A stretch of 60,560 nt of DNA, filler included, from Candidatus Coatesbacteria bacterium (GCA_016927185.1; 6 parts of 6 records of this genome joined end to end with filler, not necessarily neighbours in it); one strand, 5' to 3'; shown: positions 9,533 through 19,548, counted from the whole stretch's first letter. Translations and numbers: made by a program. The notes: generated by a model not told the origin, from the sequence alone.

Positions 9533-10492
9533 TTGGAAAATGTATACCTTCCATTTGAAAAACCGCTTGTTGAGTTATCAAATAGAATTCAGGCTTTAAA
9601 GGAATTACCAAATTCAGAAGACTATAAAACAGAGATATTACGTTTAGAAAAAACTGCCAACAGATTAAAAGAGCAATTATATACAAATCTCACTCCTTAC
9701 CAGAAGGTCCAAATTGCCAGACATATCAAACGACCATATACACTTGATTACCTGAAGATATGGCAGGCAGAATTTATTGAATTGCATGGCGACAGACATT
9801 ATGCCGATGATTCAGCAATAATAGGCGGCTTTGCTACCATAGACGACAAGAAACTTATGCTTATTGGACATCAAAAAGGAAGAACTCTTCAGGAAAGAAC
9901 TTTCAGGAATTTTGCAATGGCAAATCCAGAAGGATACAGGAAAGCACTGAGATTAATGAAACTTGCAGAAAAAATGAGATTACCAGTATTGTGTATGGTT
10001 GATACTCCTGGTGCTTATCCTGGAATTGGCGCAGAAGAAAGAGGTCAAGCAGAAGCAATTGCGGTTAATCTCAGGGAAATGGCACTCATAAAGGTTCCAA
10101 TTATTATTTCTGTCATAGGAGAAGGTGGTTCAGGAGGCGCGCTTGGGATTGGAGTTGGAAACAGGATATTAATGCTTGAACATTCTATCTACTCAGTCAT
10201 TTCACCAGAAGGTTGTGCAGCAATTCTGTTCAGGGATCAGGCAAAAGTGGAAGATTCAGCAAATGCATTGAAATTAACCGCTCAGAGCTTGCTTAAACTG
10301 GGAGTTATTGATGAGATAATAGCAGAGCCTCTTGGAGGGGCTCATAATGATTGGCAAACTACTGCAGATAACTTGAAAAAGTCGATTTTGAAGAATCTCA
10401 AGCATTTGTCTCATCTAGAAGGTTCGGTACTAAGCAAGCAGAGAATTGATAAATTCCTTTCAATGGGGGAATTTTCAGAACCTTATCTTTAA
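9533..10492 (+). CDS. accA: Acetyl-CoA carboxylase carboxyltransferase alpha subunit
   Basis: ELHGDR, GHQKG, DTPGAYPG, GEGGSGGALG, SVISPEG. Confidence 0.97.
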   Translation: MENVYLPFEKPLVELSNRIQALKELPNSEDYKTEILRLEKTANRLKEQLYTNLTPYQKVQIARHIKRPYTLDYLKIWQAEFIELHGDRHYADDSAIIGGFATIDDKKLMLIGHQKGRTLQERTFRNFAMANPEGYRKALRLMKLAEKMRLPVLCMVDTPGAYPGIGAEERGQAEAIAVNLREMALIKVPIIISVIGEGGSGGALGIGVGNRILMLEHSIYSVISPEGCAAILFRDQAKVEDSANALKLTAQSLLKLGVIDEIIAEPLGGAHNDWQTTADNLKKSILKNLKHLSHLEGSVLSKQRIDKFLSMGEFSEPYL

Positions 10493-10495
10493 TCA

Positions 10496-10915
10496 ATGAA
10501 AGATTCAGGTTATAAATATCTCGAGCAGACTGCTGATGCAAGGATTTTTGTTTGGGCAGATGATTTCATTTCACTTCTTAAAGAAGCTGCACAAGGAGTG
10601 ATTAATTTAATTATAGACACAAAAAAAATTGAACCCAAGGCAGAGATTGATATAGAAATTGAAGGTAAAGATAATGAGGAAATTTTATTTAATTTATTAT
10701 CAGAGATTCTTTATATAATTGATAGCAAGAGCTTCATCATGAAAGAAATAACTATGATAGATATAAATAACGGAACAGCAATTATTCACCTGATTGGTGA
10801 TAATACTGAGAATTATGTTTTCCAGGGAGAAGTCAAAGCAATAACATATCATGATTTTTTTGTAGAAAGGACTTTGAAAGGCAATTATACATCTCAGGTG
10901 GTTGTTGATTTATGA
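10496..10915 (+). CDS. Archease
   Basis: YKYLEQTAD N-terminus, EVKAITYH, C-terminal VVDL; adjacent to rtcB. Confidence 0.92.
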   Translation: MKDSGYKYLEQTADARIFVWADDFISLLKEAAQGVINLIIDTKKIEPKAEIDIEIEGKDNEEILFNLLSEILYIIDSKSFIMKEITMIDINNGTAIIHLIGDNTENYVFQGEVKAITYHDFFVERTLKGNYTSQVVVDL

Positions 10916-11886
10916 AACAGATTAATCAGGCAGAATACAGAATTGAACCATATGGGGATATGAGAGTCCCTGTCAATATCTTTGCAAATAAGAATCTGTT
11001 ACAGAATATGGAAAAGGATAAGGCAATAGAGCAAGCAATAAATGTCTCTACTCTTCCAGGAATTATCTATGCCAGCTTGATGCTTCCTGATGCTCATCAA
11101 GGATATGGATTTCCAATTGGAGGGGTTGCTGCATTTGATTATCATGATGGAATAATAACTCCTGGGGGGATTGGTTTTGATATTAATTGCGGAATAAGAC
11201 TGATAGGTCTGAATATGGAGATAGATGATATAAAGAAAGATTTAAAAATGATACATAGCGAGTTTTTCAGACAGATCCCGGTGGGTTTAGGACCCAAATC
11301 AAGTATAAACTTAAGTAAATCTGATTTGAACGATATTTTGACTGAAGGTGCAAGATGGGTTGTAAAGAATGGAATGGGTTTGAAGGAAGATTTGGAAAAC
11401 TCAGAAGAAAATGGTTGTATGGAAGGTGCAGATAGCAGGAATGTCAGTGAAAGAGCAAAAGACAGGGGGATTAATCAATTAGGCACATTAGGAGCAGGAA
11501 ATCATTTCATAGAACTTCAGAAAGTTGAAGAAATCTTTGATACAAATATTGCTTCATCTTTCGGAATTGTAAAAAAAAATCAGGTAACAATTAGTATACA
11601 TACAGGTTCCAGAGGATTAGGTCATGAAGTATGCAGTGATTATTTAAGGATTTTGCAGAAACCTGGCAAAAAGACAGGATTGAAAGATGGAAACCTTATT
11701 TATGCTGAATCGAAATCATTATTGGCAAAAGAATATTTTTCGGCAATGAAAGCTTCTGCCAATTTTGCATGGGCTAACAGGCAGGCAATAACTCATTTTA
11801 TAAGGAAAGTGCTTGGAAATTTTCAGATAAAGGAAAATGAAATAAAAGTTATTTATGATATAGCTCATAATATTGCCAAGATCGAA
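10912..11886 (+). CDS. rtcB: RtcB RNA ligase, truncated by contig end
   Basis: LPDAHQGYGFPIGGV, GFDINCG, GTLGAGNHFIE, HTGSRGLGH, YDIAHN. Confidence 0.95.
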
Positions 11887-11986
11887 NNNNNNNNNNNNNN
11901 NNNNNNNNNNNNNNNNNNNNNNNNNNNNNNTTAATTAATTAANNNNNNNNNNNNNNNNNNNNNNNNNNNNNNNNNNNNNNNNNNNN
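11887..11986. other. Artificial contig spacer
   Basis: N run with TTAATTAATTAA; same at 24727-24826, 35195-35294, 46521-46620, 49986-50085. Confidence 0.99.
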
Positions 11987-12016
11987 TGTAATTATTTAGA
12001 ATAATTATTTTTTCCC

Positions 12017-12045
12017 TTGACAAAATCATAAAATATTCGTATATT
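12017..12045 (+). promoter_or_regulatory. Sigma-70-type promoter
   Basis: TTGACA-17 nt-TATATT. Confidence 0.6.
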
Positions 12046-12049
12046 ATAT

Positions 12050-12212
12050 GTGAACGTTCCAAGTATCCATTTCCGAAAATATGTTTCGAAATGATTGATA
12101 CAGATAAGCTCCTTTATATGAAAATATATGAATGATTAATTAATAAGGAAAGCCCCTGTTTCCATAACCAGGGAGTCTGTCTTGAAAGAGGCAGATTTCC
12201 CTGAAATGGAAT
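12050..12212 (+). ncRNA. Candidate structured small RNA
   Basis: ORF-free region after the promoter with three predicted stems; the last is capped by a GAAA loop. Confidence 0.35.
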
Positions 12213-12220
12213 AGAAAATA

Positions 12221-13495
12221 TTATCTGATTTTCACAATCCTCTTGCATTCCATGCCGCTCTTCACTATATAAACTCCCTCTCTCCATTTACTTGTGTCAA
12301 GAGAATGTTTGCCTTTTCCCAACTTTATAATAAGCTGACCTGTAAGGGAATAGATTGCTCCTGATGATGGCAGGGAAACTGACAGGCGGGTGGAGAAGGG
12401 GTTGGGATATGCGGAGATAGAAAGATCAGGTAGTTTTGCGCTAGATTTATCTTTCCTGAAATCCTGATAACTGTCTGTCTCGAGTGCATATAGATATGTA
12501 TCACAGCTCCCGAAATATAGTAATCCATTAAAAAGAGCTGGTGAAGAACGGACATAATTGCCTGTAATATATTTCCAGCTGAGAGTGCCATCTGTTATAT
12601 TTACTGCATACAGGTTGAAATCCTGACTGCCTGCATAAACTATATTATTATATGCAAGTGGTGATGATCTGAATGAATCTATTGCCTGGAAACTCCATAT
12701 GAAAGATCCATCTGAAGAATTCAGGGAATAGAGATCTATTCCTCCAGCCATATAGAGGATATTATCAAGAATGAAAGGAGTAGTCCAGACATACTTGCTT
12801 GCCTGATATTTCCATTTAAGTGAACCATCAGATACATTCAAGGCATAGAGATAACTGTCCATGCTTCCAAAATATACAACGCTGTTTTCTACAACTGGTG
12901 ATGAATATATATAGTAATCTGTTTTGAATGTCCATTTCAATGCTCCATCAGTTTCATTAAGAGAATATAAATTGAAATCATCACTGCCAATATACAGGGA
13001 TCCATCTGCCATGCAGGGACTGGAATATGTAATTGCTGCATTAGCCTTATATCTCCATCTAAGCGCACTATCTTCTATATCAACAGAATAAATATAGGTA
13101 TCATGGCTTCCAAAGAAGATATATCCATTTGACAGGGAGGGAGAAGAATCAATTTTTCCATCAGTTTTATATCTCCATTTCAATGTCCCATCTGTGCAAT
13201 TCAATGAATATAAATATGTATCATTGCTTCCTATATAAAGGCTTGCATCTGCTACAAGAGGTGAAGAATCTATTCCACCACCTGTTTTGTACTTCCATTT
13301 CAAAGTCCCGTCATAAGCATTTAGTGCATAAACATATGTATCATTGCTTCCGAAATAGACTTCACTTTCATTAATGAATGGGGATGAATAATCAATAGTT
13401 CCTTCAGTCTTATATCGCCACTTCAGCTCACCAGGAGCAGAAAAAAGAACTGATAATGAGAAAAGAATGATTGATGCAGTAACAAGAACTCTCAT
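12221..13495 (-). CDS. PQQ/BamB-like beta-propeller protein with short T9SS type A-like CTD
   Basis: Signal peptide; ~8 SSP..GS.D.Y.Y.L...DG.LKW repeats; YPNPF...GVYIVK C-terminus. Confidence 0.9.
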   Translation of the reverse strand: MRVLVTASIILFSLSVLFSAPGELKWRYKTEGTIDYSSPFINESEVYFGSNDTYVYALNAYDGTLKWKYKTGGGIDSSPLVADASLYIGSNDTYLYSLNCTDGTLKWRYKTDGKIDSSPSLSNGYIFFGSHDTYIYSVDIEDSALRWRYKANAAITYSSPCMADGSLYIGSDDFNLYSLNETDGALKWTFKTDYYIYSSPVVENSVVYFGSMDSYLYALNVSDGSLKWKYQASKYVWTTPFILDNILYMAGGIDLYSLNSSDGSFIWSFQAIDSFRSSPLAYNNIVYAGSQDFNLYAVNITDGTLSWKYITGNYVRSSPALFNGLLYFGSCDTYLYALETDSYQDFRKDKSSAKLPDLSISAYPNPFSTRLSVSLPSSGAIYSLTGQLIIKLGKGKHSLDTSKWREGVYIVKSGMECKRIVKIR

Positions 13496-13844
13496 GAAAA
13501 CCTCCTTGATTGCTTCTACAAAACCTTGTAAAAACGTTGTTCCTGTTGAATAAATAATATGTCAAGAAGTAAAACACGGAAACCTCAATCTAGCCATAGA
13601 CATGATGAGCTGAATTATGAGGAAATGATAGTAAAGGAGAGAAGAAATCAGAGACTAAAATGAGTAAAAGCTATTTGCTGAATTACTGTAGATAAATCAC
13701 TTTCAGTGAAGCCTTCTTTTTATCCAACTTAATTCCTTGAATAGCATATCTTTTCATTTCTTGCTATCTGAAATTATCTGAGATTTTCCAAGTCTATTTT
13801 ATTTATATCTTGACATAAAACACGTTCTTTTGAAAGCACAAAAC

Positions 13845-13889
13845 ATGATTTTAAAGTTAGGAACTGCCTTTCCCAATTGCTTCTGTTGA
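13845..13889 (+). CDS. Putative 14-aa leader peptide MILKLGTAFPNCFC
   Basis: Short ORF overlapping the 5' arm of the predicted antiterminator; no clear SD. Confidence 0.4.
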   Translation: MILKLGTAFPNCFC

Positions 13890-13940
13890 AGAAGAATATT
13901 TTTTGTTTGGGAAGGCTAATTGAATTAGCCTTTTTTGTTT
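13866..13940 (+). promoter_or_regulatory. Attenuator (antiterminator/terminator) upstream of the ABC exporter
   Basis: Terminator AAGGCTAAT-TGA-ATTAGCCTT plus U-tract (13912-13936); GCCTTTCCCAA (13866-13876) can pair with TTGGGAAGGC (13907-13916), which overlaps it. Confidence 0.65.
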
Positions 13941-13965
13941 TATTAATTATTGAAAGGAGAAAAAA

Positions 13966-14118
13966 ATGGAAAACCAAATTCAACGAAAAATGATTGTAAG
14001 ACTAGATATGTTTGGTAGCATTGTAAATGGATTTAATGAAGGCAGGTATTTAAAAATTCTGTATCGAAGGAAGGAAAAACCATGGAAACGAAACAAAAAA
14101 ATAGCACTCGCCTTTTAA
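13966..14118 (+). CDS. Possible 50-aa basic peptide overlapping the ABC gene start
   Basis: AAAGGAG SD plus ATG; no recognisable family. Confidence 0.35.
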   Translation: MENQIQRKMIVRLDMFGSIVNGFNEGRYLKILYRRKEKPWKRNKKIALAF

Positions 14119-15869
14119 TATCCTGGCTACTATCTTATCTCAAGAACTACAAGAGACTTGCAGTCAGTATTGTACTGCTCTATCTTGCAGTCCTGGCATT
14201 CGAACTTGCTCTCCCAAGAATTCTTGGTATCATAATTGATAAAATCCAGAGTTCAACTACTAATATTGACAGATATGTTTTAACTGGATCAATTATTTAC
14301 TTTGGATTGACTATTCTTAAAAGCATTTCAGAATTCGGAAGGGGAATACTCAATACAAAGCTGAACCAGCTTATAATTGCAAACCTGAGAGTTGACTTGT
14401 TCAAGAAAGTTGCTTATATGCCATTTTCTTTTCATGACAAGACAAGCTCAGGAGAGCTTATTACAAGAGGCTGCCGTGATGTAGAGAAAATCGCAGCTTT
14501 TTATTCCCAGGTCATGCTAGTTGGTGGCGAGGCAGTACTTCTGCTTCTGGGAACTGCAGTAATGCTTGTTTATCTTCAACCATTATTGAGTATTGCAGCA
14601 TTGTTAAGCATTTGCCCATCGATAGTAGCAATTGTGATATTCACAGGTAAATTACGTCCGTTATGGAGAAAAGTGGATGATACATATGATTCCGTGACAA
14701 ATGTTGTTCAGGAAAATGTATCTGGTGTAAGAGTTGTGAAAGCATTTAATGCACAAAATCGTGAGGAGGTAAAATTTGAGTTTAGAATTAATAATTTTGT
14801 AAACGAATTGATAAAGGCAGTTGACTACTGGACAAAATTTATAATGCTGCCTGGAACATTATTCAATGTATCAATTCCGGTAGTATTTCTTGCTGGATGT
14901 TATTTAAATTCAAAAGGTTATCTGACTGTGGGTTCTATAACAACAGCAATATTGTATCTAACGAATATCTCAAGAAGGATGAGGATCATTGAACACTTGA
15001 TAGATGTATTCCAGACAAGTGTTGCAAGTGCAGACAGGATTTATGAAATATTGACAAGAGAAGTTGATATAAAGAATTCCGAAAAAGCAGGTTCTTTCCC
15101 ATCTAAACCTGAGATATGCATAAAGGATCTTACATTCGGTTATGAAAAGGAAAAGCCTGTACTGAAAAATCTCAACATAAGTATACCTTATGGTAACAAT
15201 ATTGCCCTTTTCGGGAAAACCGGAGTTGGAAAAAGCACACTAATAAAGCTTCTTTCCAGATTCTATGCACCTGATTCAGGAAGCATAAAGGTGAATGGTA
15301 TAGATCTCGAAAATATTGATTTGCATGAACTCCGAAGGAAAATCAACATTGTATTCCAGGAAGCTTTCCTTTTCAATTCAACCATATCTGAAAACATAAG
15401 CTTCGGATTGCCTGATGCATCATGCGAGACAATAAAAGAGGCAGCAGATGCAGCTTCTGCACATGATTTCATCGAGGAACTGAAAGACAAATATGACACT
15501 ATAATCGGTGAACGAGGTATATCGCTTTCAGGAGGACAGAAGCAAAGGATATCTCTGGCAAGAGCATTCATAATGAAACCACCTGTTCTCGTGCTTGATG
15601 ATACCACATCGGCAGTAGATAGCATAACAGAAAAAGAGATTAGAGATGCTATAAACAGGATATCTAGAGGAAGGACGACAATAATAATAAGCCAGAGGAT
15701 AACAAGTGTACAGAATTGTGACATGATTTATGTGCTTGATAAGCAAAATGGTCATGCTGCAGGAATTGTTCAGATGGGAAAACATGAGGATCTCATAAGT
15801 ATTCCTGGAGTATATCAGGAAGTGTATTTTGATCAAATTCTTGATGCAGCAGACAAGAAGGAGGCTTGA
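14082..15869 (+). CDS. ABC exporter permease/ATPase subunit 1
   Basis: 6-TM domain; GKTGVGKS, LSGGQKQR, degenerate Walker B LDD. Confidence 0.95.
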   Translation: METKQKNSTRLLISWLLSYLKNYKRLAVSIVLLYLAVLAFELALPRILGIIIDKIQSSTTNIDRYVLTGSIIYFGLTILKSISEFGRGILNTKLNQLIIANLRVDLFKKVAYMPFSFHDKTSSGELITRGCRDVEKIAAFYSQVMLVGGEAVLLLLGTAVMLVYLQPLLSIAALLSICPSIVAIVIFTGKLRPLWRKVDDTYDSVTNVVQENVSGVRVVKAFNAQNREEVKFEFRINNFVNELIKAVDYWTKFIMLPGTLFNVSIPVVFLAGCYLNSKGYLTVGSITTAILYLTNISRRMRIIEHLIDVFQTSVASADRIYEILTREVDIKNSEKAGSFPSKPEICIKDLTFGYEKEKPVLKNLNISIPYGNNIALFGKTGVGKSTLIKLLSRFYAPDSGSIKVNGIDLENIDLHELRRKINIVFQEAFLFNSTISENISFGLPDASCETIKEAADAASAHDFIEELKDKYDTIIGERGISLSGGQKQRISLARAFIMKPPVLVLDDTTSAVDSITEKEIRDAINRISRGRTTIIISQRITSVQNCDMIYVLDKQNGHAAGIVQMGKHEDLISIPGVYQEVYFDQILDAADKKEA

Positions 15870-15870
15870 T

Positions 15871-17670
15871 ATGAGTATTGATATTGAACTTGAAGAACAG
15901 TTTGCAAGAACAAGCCTTAAAAGATCAACTTTGAAAAGGGTTTTGAAATTCATGCTTCCCTACAAAGCGCCAATAATTTTGAGTCTTGTAATGGAACTGC
16001 TATATGTAGGAGCAGAAATTCTCCCTCCTCATTTGATAAAGATGGGAATTGATAAGTACTTGCCAGACGGGAATTTCAATATGATTTTCATACTGGCACT
16101 GATATACCTTCTGAGCATATTGACTTTATGGTCAATTGCTTATATACAAATAAAACTTGTTGTAAAAGCTGGCTTCAGTTTTCTTACTGATTTAAGAAAA
16201 GCCTTGTTTCACAAGCTTCAGGAGTTATCACTTTCCTATTTTGACAAGACAAAGGAAGGCAGAATTATCTCAAGGATAGACAGGGATGTAGAGAATCTTG
16301 AAGAACCTCTCATCTGGGGTCCTTTCAGCATTGTGAATAGCTTTTTCAGCATTTTACTAGTTAGCTATATTATGGTAAACTACAGTTTGAAACTAAGCCT
16401 TGCAACACTTGCTGTGCTGCCTCCACTCCTTGTAGCAACCGAAATCTTCAGAAGAAAAGGACTGGAAGCATTCAGGAAAGTCAAGGAAGGTTTATCAATA
16501 ATAACTGCCGAATATGCTGAGTCAATTAATGGAGTCAGGGTAATCCAGGCTTATGCTATGGAAAAGCAAAGGATTGCAAGATTCCAGGGTGTTAATGATC
16601 TCTACATAAAACAGGTCCTGGATGTAAGCAGACTGCAGAACACATATCTTCCCATTACAACTGCACTTTATGGTGCTGCAATTGCAATAATTCTATTCTA
16701 TGGAGCATATCTAGTATCCATAAAGGAGATAGGTATAGGTGTACTTACTGCCTTCATACTTTATCTCGGGCAGTTCTTTGGTCCAATCAGATGGCTTTCA
16801 TCACTTTACAGTGAACTGCTGTCTGCGTCAGCTGCCCTGGAGAGAATTTTCCTGTTACTTGATACAAGCCCGGATATCAAAGACAGGGAAGGAGTTACGG
16901 AATTACCAAGGATAAAGGGAGATGTCTCCTTCGAGAATGTGTACTTCAATTATGACAGGGAGCAGGAAGAACCATGGACACTTGCAGATTTCAATCTCTT
17001 GGTTAGATCCGGGGAACAGATAGCCATTGTCGGTCCAACAGGTGCAGGTAAAACCACTATTATCAATCTGTTATCGCATTTTTATGAACCTCAGAAAGGA
17101 TCCATAAAAATCGATGGCTTTAATTTGCAGGATATCTCCCTTTCAAGCCTTAGAAAACAGCTTGGAATAGTCCTTCAGGATAATTTCCTTTTCTCCGGGA
17201 CAGTAATGGATAACCTTAAATACAGCAGACCGGATGTTGCAGATGAGGAAGTAATAAAGGCTGCAAAAGCTTTGGGCAGTCATGACATAATAAGCGGACT
17301 TTCAGATGGATATAATACTAAAGTTTCCGGCAGAGGAGAAGGACTATCACTTGGTGAAAAGCAGTTGATATGCTTTACCAGGATATTTCTTGCCAATCCG
17401 AGAATACTTATTCTGGATGAAGCTACAAGTGCTGTTGATACAATTACTGAACGTATTGTACAGGAGGCATTCAATAAACTGATTGCAGGAAGGACTTCAT
17501 TTATTATTGCTCACAGACTGAGTACTATAAGGAATGCAGACAGAATAATAGTGATTGAAAAAGATGATGCAGGTAATGGTTATCTGCTAGAGGAAGGAAC
17601 TCATGAAGAGCTTATAAGAACAGATAGCAAGTATGCAAGTCTTTACAAGGATTATATAAGAGCTAATTGA
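15871..17670 (+). CDS. ABC exporter permease/ATPase subunit 2 (heterodimer partner)
   Basis: GPTGAGKT, LSLGEKQ, LDEAT, IAHRL; AAGGAGG SD before ATG 15871. Confidence 0.95.
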   Translation: MSIDIELEEQFARTSLKRSTLKRVLKFMLPYKAPIILSLVMELLYVGAEILPPHLIKMGIDKYLPDGNFNMIFILALIYLLSILTLWSIAYIQIKLVVKAGFSFLTDLRKALFHKLQELSLSYFDKTKEGRIISRIDRDVENLEEPLIWGPFSIVNSFFSILLVSYIMVNYSLKLSLATLAVLPPLLVATEIFRRKGLEAFRKVKEGLSIITAEYAESINGVRVIQAYAMEKQRIARFQGVNDLYIKQVLDVSRLQNTYLPITTALYGAAIAIILFYGAYLVSIKEIGIGVLTAFILYLGQFFGPIRWLSSLYSELLSASAALERIFLLLDTSPDIKDREGVTELPRIKGDVSFENVYFNYDREQEEPWTLADFNLLVRSGEQIAIVGPTGAGKTTIINLLSHFYEPQKGSIKIDGFNLQDISLSSLRKQLGIVLQDNFLFSGTVMDNLKYSRPDVADEEVIKAAKALGSHDIISGLSDGYNTKVSGRGEGLSLGEKQLICFTRIFLANPRILILDEATSAVDTITERIVQEAFNKLIAGRTSFIIAHRLSTIRNADRIIVIEKDDAGNGYLLEEGTHEELIRTDSKYASLYKDYIRAN

Positions 17671-17683
17671 GATTATTCATAGA

Positions 17684-17714
17684 AACAAGGATGGGAAACA
17701 ACCCGTCCTTGTTT
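17684..17714 (+). terminator. Intrinsic terminator after the ABC operon
   Basis: ACAAGGATGGG-aaacaa-CCCGTCCTTGT followed by TT. Confidence 0.75.
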
Positions 17715-17745
17715 GAAATGAGTTCTTATTATGAAATGAATGTTT

Positions 17746-18348
17746 TCAAATCTTGTTTTTGTTTCTTTTCTCTTTATCCTTATCAAAAAGATACTTTCCT
17801 ACTGCAAAAAGAACAGCCAATAAAGCCATTATCCACATGGATGATTTCCTGGTTAATATATCCATAACTTTTTTGTTTCTTATGAAAGACAGTATTCTCT
17901 CAGTAAGTCCAACCATTACTATTAAAACCACATATTTATTGATTTTGTAGGAAGCAATTCTTAAACCATCTTTTACTCCATTTTCATCATCCTTGCCTAT
18001 CTTCTTCACGATCCAGAATTTTCCAGCACTTTTGTCTCCAGACATGTTCTTCCTGGCTTTTTCGAAAAAACGTTTTCTTGATCTTTGGATATAATAATAA
18101 GCCAGAAAAATATCAAAAGCTATTACTATCCCGAAATATTTGTCATAGTTTGTTTTCCTGAAAGGACTCATATGGTTTATTAAATATGTCGAAATTAATA
18201 GAGACAAGATAATAAGGGCAACTATAATTATGAATACAGTATATTCTGATTTTATTTCCTGCATCTCTTCTTCTGATTTATTATCATCAGATCCAGAGAG
18301 GTCCTTGAATAACCAATCCCATTTGCTACTTTTTTTCTTCTGGGTCAT
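17746..18348 (-). CDS. Hypothetical membrane protein
   Basis: 200-aa ORF with ~4 hydrophobic segments. Confidence 0.65.
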   Translation of the reverse strand: MTQKKKSSKWDWLFKDLSGSDDNKSEEEMQEIKSEYTVFIIIVALIILSLLISTYLINHMSPFRKTNYDKYFGIVIAFDIFLAYYYIQRSRKRFFEKARKNMSGDKSAGKFWIVKKIGKDDENGVKDGLRIASYKINKYVVLIVMVGLTERILSFIRNKKVMDILTRKSSMWIMALLAVLFAVGKYLFDKDKEKRNKNKI

Positions 18349-18635
18349 TAATCAATTCTTTTTATTCATTTCATTGATATAAAGTTATAACACAAGCTAA
18401 ACTTCTTGTTGCATATGTTTTGCATTTCTTTATGAAATCACTCATAATCTGACAAATAGTTTATACTACTTAGGTATTTTTTTAGTATTCATTTGTCAAG
18501 AAGATTAATCTGAATTTGAAGTTCATTCTTTAAATAATCATTAATCTGTTGGTAAGAATCCATTATTATTTTTTACTATTTATGTTTGTTGATATCAATG
18601 GAAGACAATTAAATGGTATTAGATAAGATGAAAGT

Positions 18636-18706
18636 ACTCATGACGAGTTTATAAGAACAGACAGCAAGTATGCAAGTCTTTACAGGAATCAATTAGACCT
18701 AATTGA
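18636..18706 (+). repeat. Degenerate duplicate of the ABC subunit 2 gene 3' end (17599-17670)
   Basis: 18636-18684 and 17599-17647 are 46/49 identical; both are followed by CTAATTGA. Confidence 0.85.
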
Positions 18707-18746
18707 TTATAGAAGAAAAGATAGGGGGGCAGCAAATAAACAGCCC

Positions 18747-19178
18747 CTATTGATCTTCATCCAAATCAACTGAGATGAATTCTTCTATCTTTGTTTTTAT
18801 TTCATCCCTGATTTTTCTGAAAAAATTCAACCTTTCTTTTGAAAATCCAGCTTTTTTAGCTGGATCTTCAAAATACCAATGCAGTTTTCTTGCTGACTTA
18901 CTGAAAAAAACAGGACAATTAAGGGAAGATTCTTCACATACAGTAATAATATAATCGAAATCCTTCCCGTAAAACTCCTCAATGGATTTACTTCTCTTAT
19001 TTGAAATATCTATTCCTGATTCTCTCATAACTTCTATTGCATAAGCATTAACAGAAGTTGCCTGACTTCCTGCACTGTATACTTCAAATGAATCAGAAGC
19101 AAGACTATCCAGAAAACCTTCTGCGATCTGTGATCTGCATGAATTCTCCTTGCAAAGAAACAAGACTCTTTTTTTCAT
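18747..19178 (-). CDS. arsC: Arsenate reductase (LMW-PTP, thioredoxin-dependent type)
   Basis: VLFLCKENSCRSQIAEG, ITVC...CP, HWYFEDPA. Confidence 0.92.
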   Translation of the reverse strand: MKKRVLFLCKENSCRSQIAEGFLDSLASDSFEVYSAGSQATSVNAYAIEVMRESGIDISNKRSKSIEEFYGKDFDYIITVCEESSLNCPVFFSKSARKLHWYFEDPAKKAGFSKERLNFFRKIRDEIKTKIEEFISVDLDEDQ

Positions 19179-19183
19179 TAGTT

Positions 19184-19540
19184 TTACTCCTTTATAAACC
19201 AATTTTTTGTCTTGATACAGATTTTAACAAGCAGCAGCATTACAGGAACTTCTATGAGAACTCCAACAACTGTCGCGAGTGCTGCCCCTGAAGAAAGACC
19301 GAAAAGCATTGTAGCTGTTGCCTTTGCCACTTCAAAATGATTTGATGCACCAATCATAGCTGATGGGGCTGCATCCTTATTAACATTTAATGAAAGACTA
19401 TCAAGATATTTAGCAAAATTCGGGGCTATCTTGCCAAGAATTATCCCGGTTATTATGCATACAAATACCTATAATGTCAGGTATTTCTCGAAAATGCTTA
19501 ATCCTTTTGCCTCTTTCTTGATACAGCTTTCAGAAACCAT
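19184..19540 (-). pseudogene. acr3: Acr3 arsenite efflux pseudogene (nonsense codon plus large in-frame internal deletion)
   Basis: Reads [35 protein letters not shown]...[22 protein letters not shown]...[18 protein letters not shown], i.e. Acr3 N- and C-termini fused; TAG at 19469-19471. Confidence 0.92.
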
Positions 19541-19548
19541 GTCACCTC

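Noticed and set aside
11887-11986. Repeated TTAATTAATTAA motif flanked by N
   Set aside because: Artificial contig linker with stops in all six frames; ORFs running into it are truncated.
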